The notes beneath the pieces were generated by a model that was not told where the DNA came from, did no database searches, and saw nothing but the letters and a program-made list of their open reading frames with translations. From the NCBI GenBank assembly GCA_026982555.1, contig JALSGT010000084.1, forward strand, positions 1 through 61,830: a stretch of DNA of 61,830 nucleotides, read 5' to 3'. Positions 59,030-61,830 of the stretch are shown in pieces. The stretch is from Chromatiales bacterium. Its GTDB lineage: Bacteria; Pseudomonadota; Gammaproteobacteria; SZUA-152. Each line of letters opens with the position of its first letter. Position 1 is the first letter of the stretch. A program made the translations under genes and the position numbers.

Positions 59030-60139
59030 TTATTGCGCCTCCTCTATCACATAGGGCAAGGTCAGCAGCTTTAACAATGGGCCATTGGTATCGTGCAAGC
59101 GCAACGGTCGTTTTTCGGCACTGCTGATTTCGATCACAGCCAGCAGGTCGCTCCCACCTTCCGGACTGGCCTGTGTGCGTACTACTTTACCGACACCCTG
59201 ACCGGATTCGGAGCCTTCGGCATACAGTGTGTCTCCCGCCTGAACCGGTGAGTCGTTGTCCGTGTGTGCGATAAACATACGTCGTTTGAGTTTGCCCAGG
59301 TAATGCATGCGCGCGACAATTTCCTGTCCGGGGTAACAGCCTTTTTTGAAACTCAGGGCATCAATGGCTTGCAGGTTGAGCATTTGCGGCACGAAGGCTT
59401 CCTGTGTTTGCGCATAAACATCGGGCAGGGCAGCATGAATATCGAGCAGTTCCCAGGCACCGGCACCCACGGGTGTGGCATTGTCGGACAGTTGCTGCCA
59501 GAGGTTTTGCAATGCGGTTTCATTGCCGTAAATCTCAAAACGAATATCGGACTGAACACAGATGATCGTCAGGCCAGCGGTGTGTGTAACTGCATCGGTG
59601 GTGGTGGGTACGGCGTCAAACAATGCGCGAAGGTGCTGACCGGCTTGTGGGCCTGCGTAGCCCATACGTGCCAAAGTGTCGCTGGCATCACTTAATGTGG
59701 TCTTTGTCATCATTACATACATGCGCAGGCGGCTGAGTGTGGGTTCGATAATTTCCTGGGGTAACCGCAGGTAATAACTCTCTTCACGTTGAAACAAACG
59801 GAAGAAGGCGAGCACACGGCCTTTGGGGGTGCAGTAAGCACTCAGCTGGCTTTGTAATGTTGAGACTTTATGCACGTCGTTGCAAAACTGGTTTTGTAAA
59901 AAGCTTTCGCTTTCCGGGCCAATGGCCTGAATCAGGCTATAGTGGGAGAGGTCGCATAAAATGGTTTGCTTTCCCGCCAGTGCCATGCGTTTTTCCGCGG
60001 TGGTATTGTCAGGGTCATCGCCGAAATACTGTACCTGATTGTAGTGTGTATCACTATTTCCGGTGTCATCCCAATGGGCACCCTGCGTTGTCAGAAATTG
60101 TTGCCAGTTAGTGTGTGTCATGTTTTTAAGTTTGCTCAT
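59030..60139 (-). CDS. ygfZ: Folate-binding Fe-S repair/tRNA-modifying protein YgfZ
   Basis: FLQNQFCND, CTPKGR, KGCYPGQEIVAR; start approximate. Confidence 0.92.
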   Translation of the reverse strand: MSKLKNMTHTNWQQFLTTQGAHWDDTGNSDTHYNQVQYFGDDPDNTTAEKRMALAGKQTILCDLSHYSLIQAIGPESESFLQNQFCNDVHKVSTLQSQLSAYCTPKGRVLAFFRLFQREESYYLRLPQEIIEPTLSRLRMYVMMTKTTLSDASDTLARMGYAGPQAGQHLRALFDAVPTTTDAVTHTAGLTIICVQSDIRFEIYGNETALQNLWQQLSDNATPVGAGAWELLDIHAALPDVYAQTQEAFVPQMLNLQAIDALSFKKGCYPGQEIVARMHYLGKLKRRMFIAHTDNDSPVQAGDTLYAEGSESGQGVGKVVRTQASPEGGSDLLAVIEISSAEKRPLRLHDTNGPLLKLLTLPYVIEEAQ

Positions 60140-60269
60140 TGACCTTGTGTAGCGTTCGGTTGATGATAGCGGATAATGATTCGGCCCGTCATATCGATTT
60201 ATGAATATGTTGAATAAACACAATAAAACAGAATTTCACCCTGCACAGATAATCAATCACAGATAATCA

Positions 60270-60662
60270 ATGAGCGCGACGGATAACAGACCGGTTTTTC
60301 TCAATCTACTCCGGATACGCCAGCCGGTTATGGCGGTGGTGTCCATTTTTCACCGTATCAGCGGCGTGCTGATGATTCTGTCATTGCCCGGGCTGGTTTA
60401 TCTGCTCAACTTATCCCTTAGCAATCAGGCGGGCTTTGCCCAGGTGTCCGGTTTGCTCACCAGTCCCGTATTTAAAGTCCTTGCAGTGCTGTTGGGCTGG
60501 GCGCTGGCGCATCATATTTTAGCAGGCATTCGTTTCATGCTGCTGGACTTTGACCTGGCCATTGAACGGGGCGCTGCACGAAAAACCGCATGGCTGGTGC
60601 ATGCCGGTGCGCTGGGTATTACATTGTGGTTTGCCGGTCTTGTTTTCGGAGTGTGGCCGTGA
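60270..60662 (+). CDS. sdhC: Succinate dehydrogenase cytochrome b556 subunit
   Basis: RPVFLNL, SIFHRISG, HHILAGIR. Confidence 0.92.
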   Translation: MSATDNRPVFLNLLRIRQPVMAVVSIFHRISGVLMILSLPGLVYLLNLSLSNQAGFAQVSGLLTSPVFKVLAVLLGWALAHHILAGIRFMLLDFDLAIERGAARKTAWLVHAGALGITLWFAGLVFGVWP

Positions 60663-61000
60663 GCTGGCGGGCATCCTCCGGCCTGCGCTCCTGGCTGATG
60701 CAACGGCTGACAGCACTTTACATTGTCATTTTTCTGGCGGTGTTCGCCTTTGTATGGGGTGGGCAGAGCATTACCTTTGAATCCTGGCGCGCCTGGGTGG
60801 CTCATCCGGCAGCAAATATTGCACTGTTGTTGTTTGTTTTTGCATTGCTGATGCATGCCTGGATCGGCGGGCGGGATGTGGTCATCGACTATGTTAAATC
60901 TGCCTCTACACGTTATGTGTTGCTAATTGTCTTCGCTCTGGGCTTAGGCATCATGGGGTTGTGGACGTTGCGTATATTACTGCTGGCTGGAACGGGATGA
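60659..61000 (+). CDS. sdhD: Succinate dehydrogenase hydrophobic anchor
   Basis: [29 protein letters not shown] start overlaps the sdhC stop. Confidence 0.9.
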   Translation: MSWRASSGLRSWLMQRLTALYIVIFLAVFAFVWGGQSITFESWRAWVAHPAANIALLLFVFALLMHAWIGGRDVVIDYVKSASTRYVLLIVFALGLGIMGLWTLRILLLAGTG

Positions 61001-61830
61001 GTGCCTTGAATATTGAACGACGTCAGTTTGACACGCTGGTGATCGGTGCGGGTGGGGGCGGGTTGCGTGCAGCCTTGCAGATGTCCGAGGCCGAAGCCAA
61101 TGTGGCGGTGGTGTCCAAGGTTTTTCCTACCCGTTCACACACCGTTGCGGCGCAGGGCGGCATGAATGCAGCACTGGGTAATGTGATGCCGGACAACTGG
61201 CACTGGCATATGTATGACACCGTGAAAGGCAGTGACTATCTCGGCGATCAGGATGCCATCGAATACATGTGTCGTGCGGCATCGCATCTGGTGGTCGAAC
61301 TGGAGCATGCCGGGGTGCCTTTTTCCCGTTTGGCCAATGGCAAAATTTATCAACGGGCCTTTGGCGGACAAAGCCGGAATTTCGGTGGTGAGCAGGCCGC
61401 ACGCACCTGTGCGGCGGCAGACCGTACCGGTCATGCCATTTTGCATTCCCTCTATCAGCAGAATATCCGCGCCAAAACCCATTTTTTTGATGAATATTTT
61501 GCCATTGATTTGTTGAAAGACGATGACGGTTACATTCTTGGCGTAGTGGTGTTGTGCATCGAAACCGGCGAACCGCTGATTATCGAAGCGAAAACAACCT
61601 TGCTGGCGACGGGCGGGGTAGGGCAGTTATTTCGCACCAATACCAATGCGCGTATCAATACCGGTGACGGTATCGCCATGGCCTTGCGCGCAGGCATTCC
61701 CGTACAGGACATGGAATTTTTTCAGTTTCATCCCACCGGTATTGCTGGCAAGGGCATGCTGATTACCGAAGGCGTGCGTGGCGAGGGCGGATATCTGGTG
61801 AACAAAAATGGCGAACGCTTCATGGAACGC
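60997..61830 (+). CDS. sdhA: Succinate dehydrogenase flavoprotein subunit (partial, runs off the window)
   Basis: [53 protein letters not shown]. Confidence 0.93.
   Translation, partial: MSALNIERRQFDTLVIGAGGGGLRAALQMSEAEANVAVVSKVFPTRSHTVAAQGGMNAALGNVMPDNWHWHMYDTVKGSDYLGDQDAIEYMCRAASHLVVELEHAGVPFSRLANGKIYQRAFGGQSRNFGGEQAARTCAAADRTGHAILHSLYQQNIRAKTHFFDEYFAIDLLKDDDGYILGVVVLCIETGEPLIIEAKTTLLATGGVGQLFRTNTNARINTGDGIAMALRAGIPVQDMEFFQFHPTGIAGKGMLITEGVRGEGGYLVNKNGERFMER

Overview
A 61.8-kb gammaproteobacterial chromosomal segment (class inferred from the protein sequences and gene order). The housekeeping backbone is acs, tRNA-Leu(CAA), queA, ptpA, rne, rluC, a HAD phosphatase, sppA, ssrA/smpB, ratA-rnfH, bamE, fur, ygfZ and sdhCDA (sdhA runs off the edge). 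Several accessory blocks interrupt it. (1) A fused DmsB/DmsC-type Fe-S/membrane-anchor gene followed by ravA-viaA. (2) An islet at the tRNA-Leu 3' end with a Nal1-type trypsin-like protease, a secreted stand-alone copy of its pro-domain, and higBA. (3) A 10.5-kb, seven-gene synthase-type exopolysaccharide operon: BcsB-like copolymerase, MshEN-GT2 synthase, GT-C-like membrane protein, GH113-like hydrolase, outer-membrane barrel, exported CotH kinase and an Npt/TLC-type nucleotide translocase. It matches none of the bcs/alg/pel/pga/nfr systems I know and is the best candidate for an undescribed system. (4) A divergent phosphoribulokinase, an orphan TpsB, and a T6SS spike/effector module (hcp, vgrG, DUF6484, DUF2169, thiolase-like, stand-alone DUF4150/PIPY, two AHH nuclease-Imm11 pairs, a mosaic orphan Imm11, TIGR02270) abutting the tmRNA 3' end. 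(5) A RAYT transposase with REP hairpins inside its reading frame and a deleted copy of its left end 40 kb away. (6) A decaying ybhG/ybhF-type efflux operon cut off by a di-heme cytochrome c peroxidase-like gene coupled to a DAHL hybrid kinase. At least four REP-like palindrome families occur. No CRISPR array, rRNA or integrase was seen. Family assignments come from motifs recognised by eye, not from database searches.
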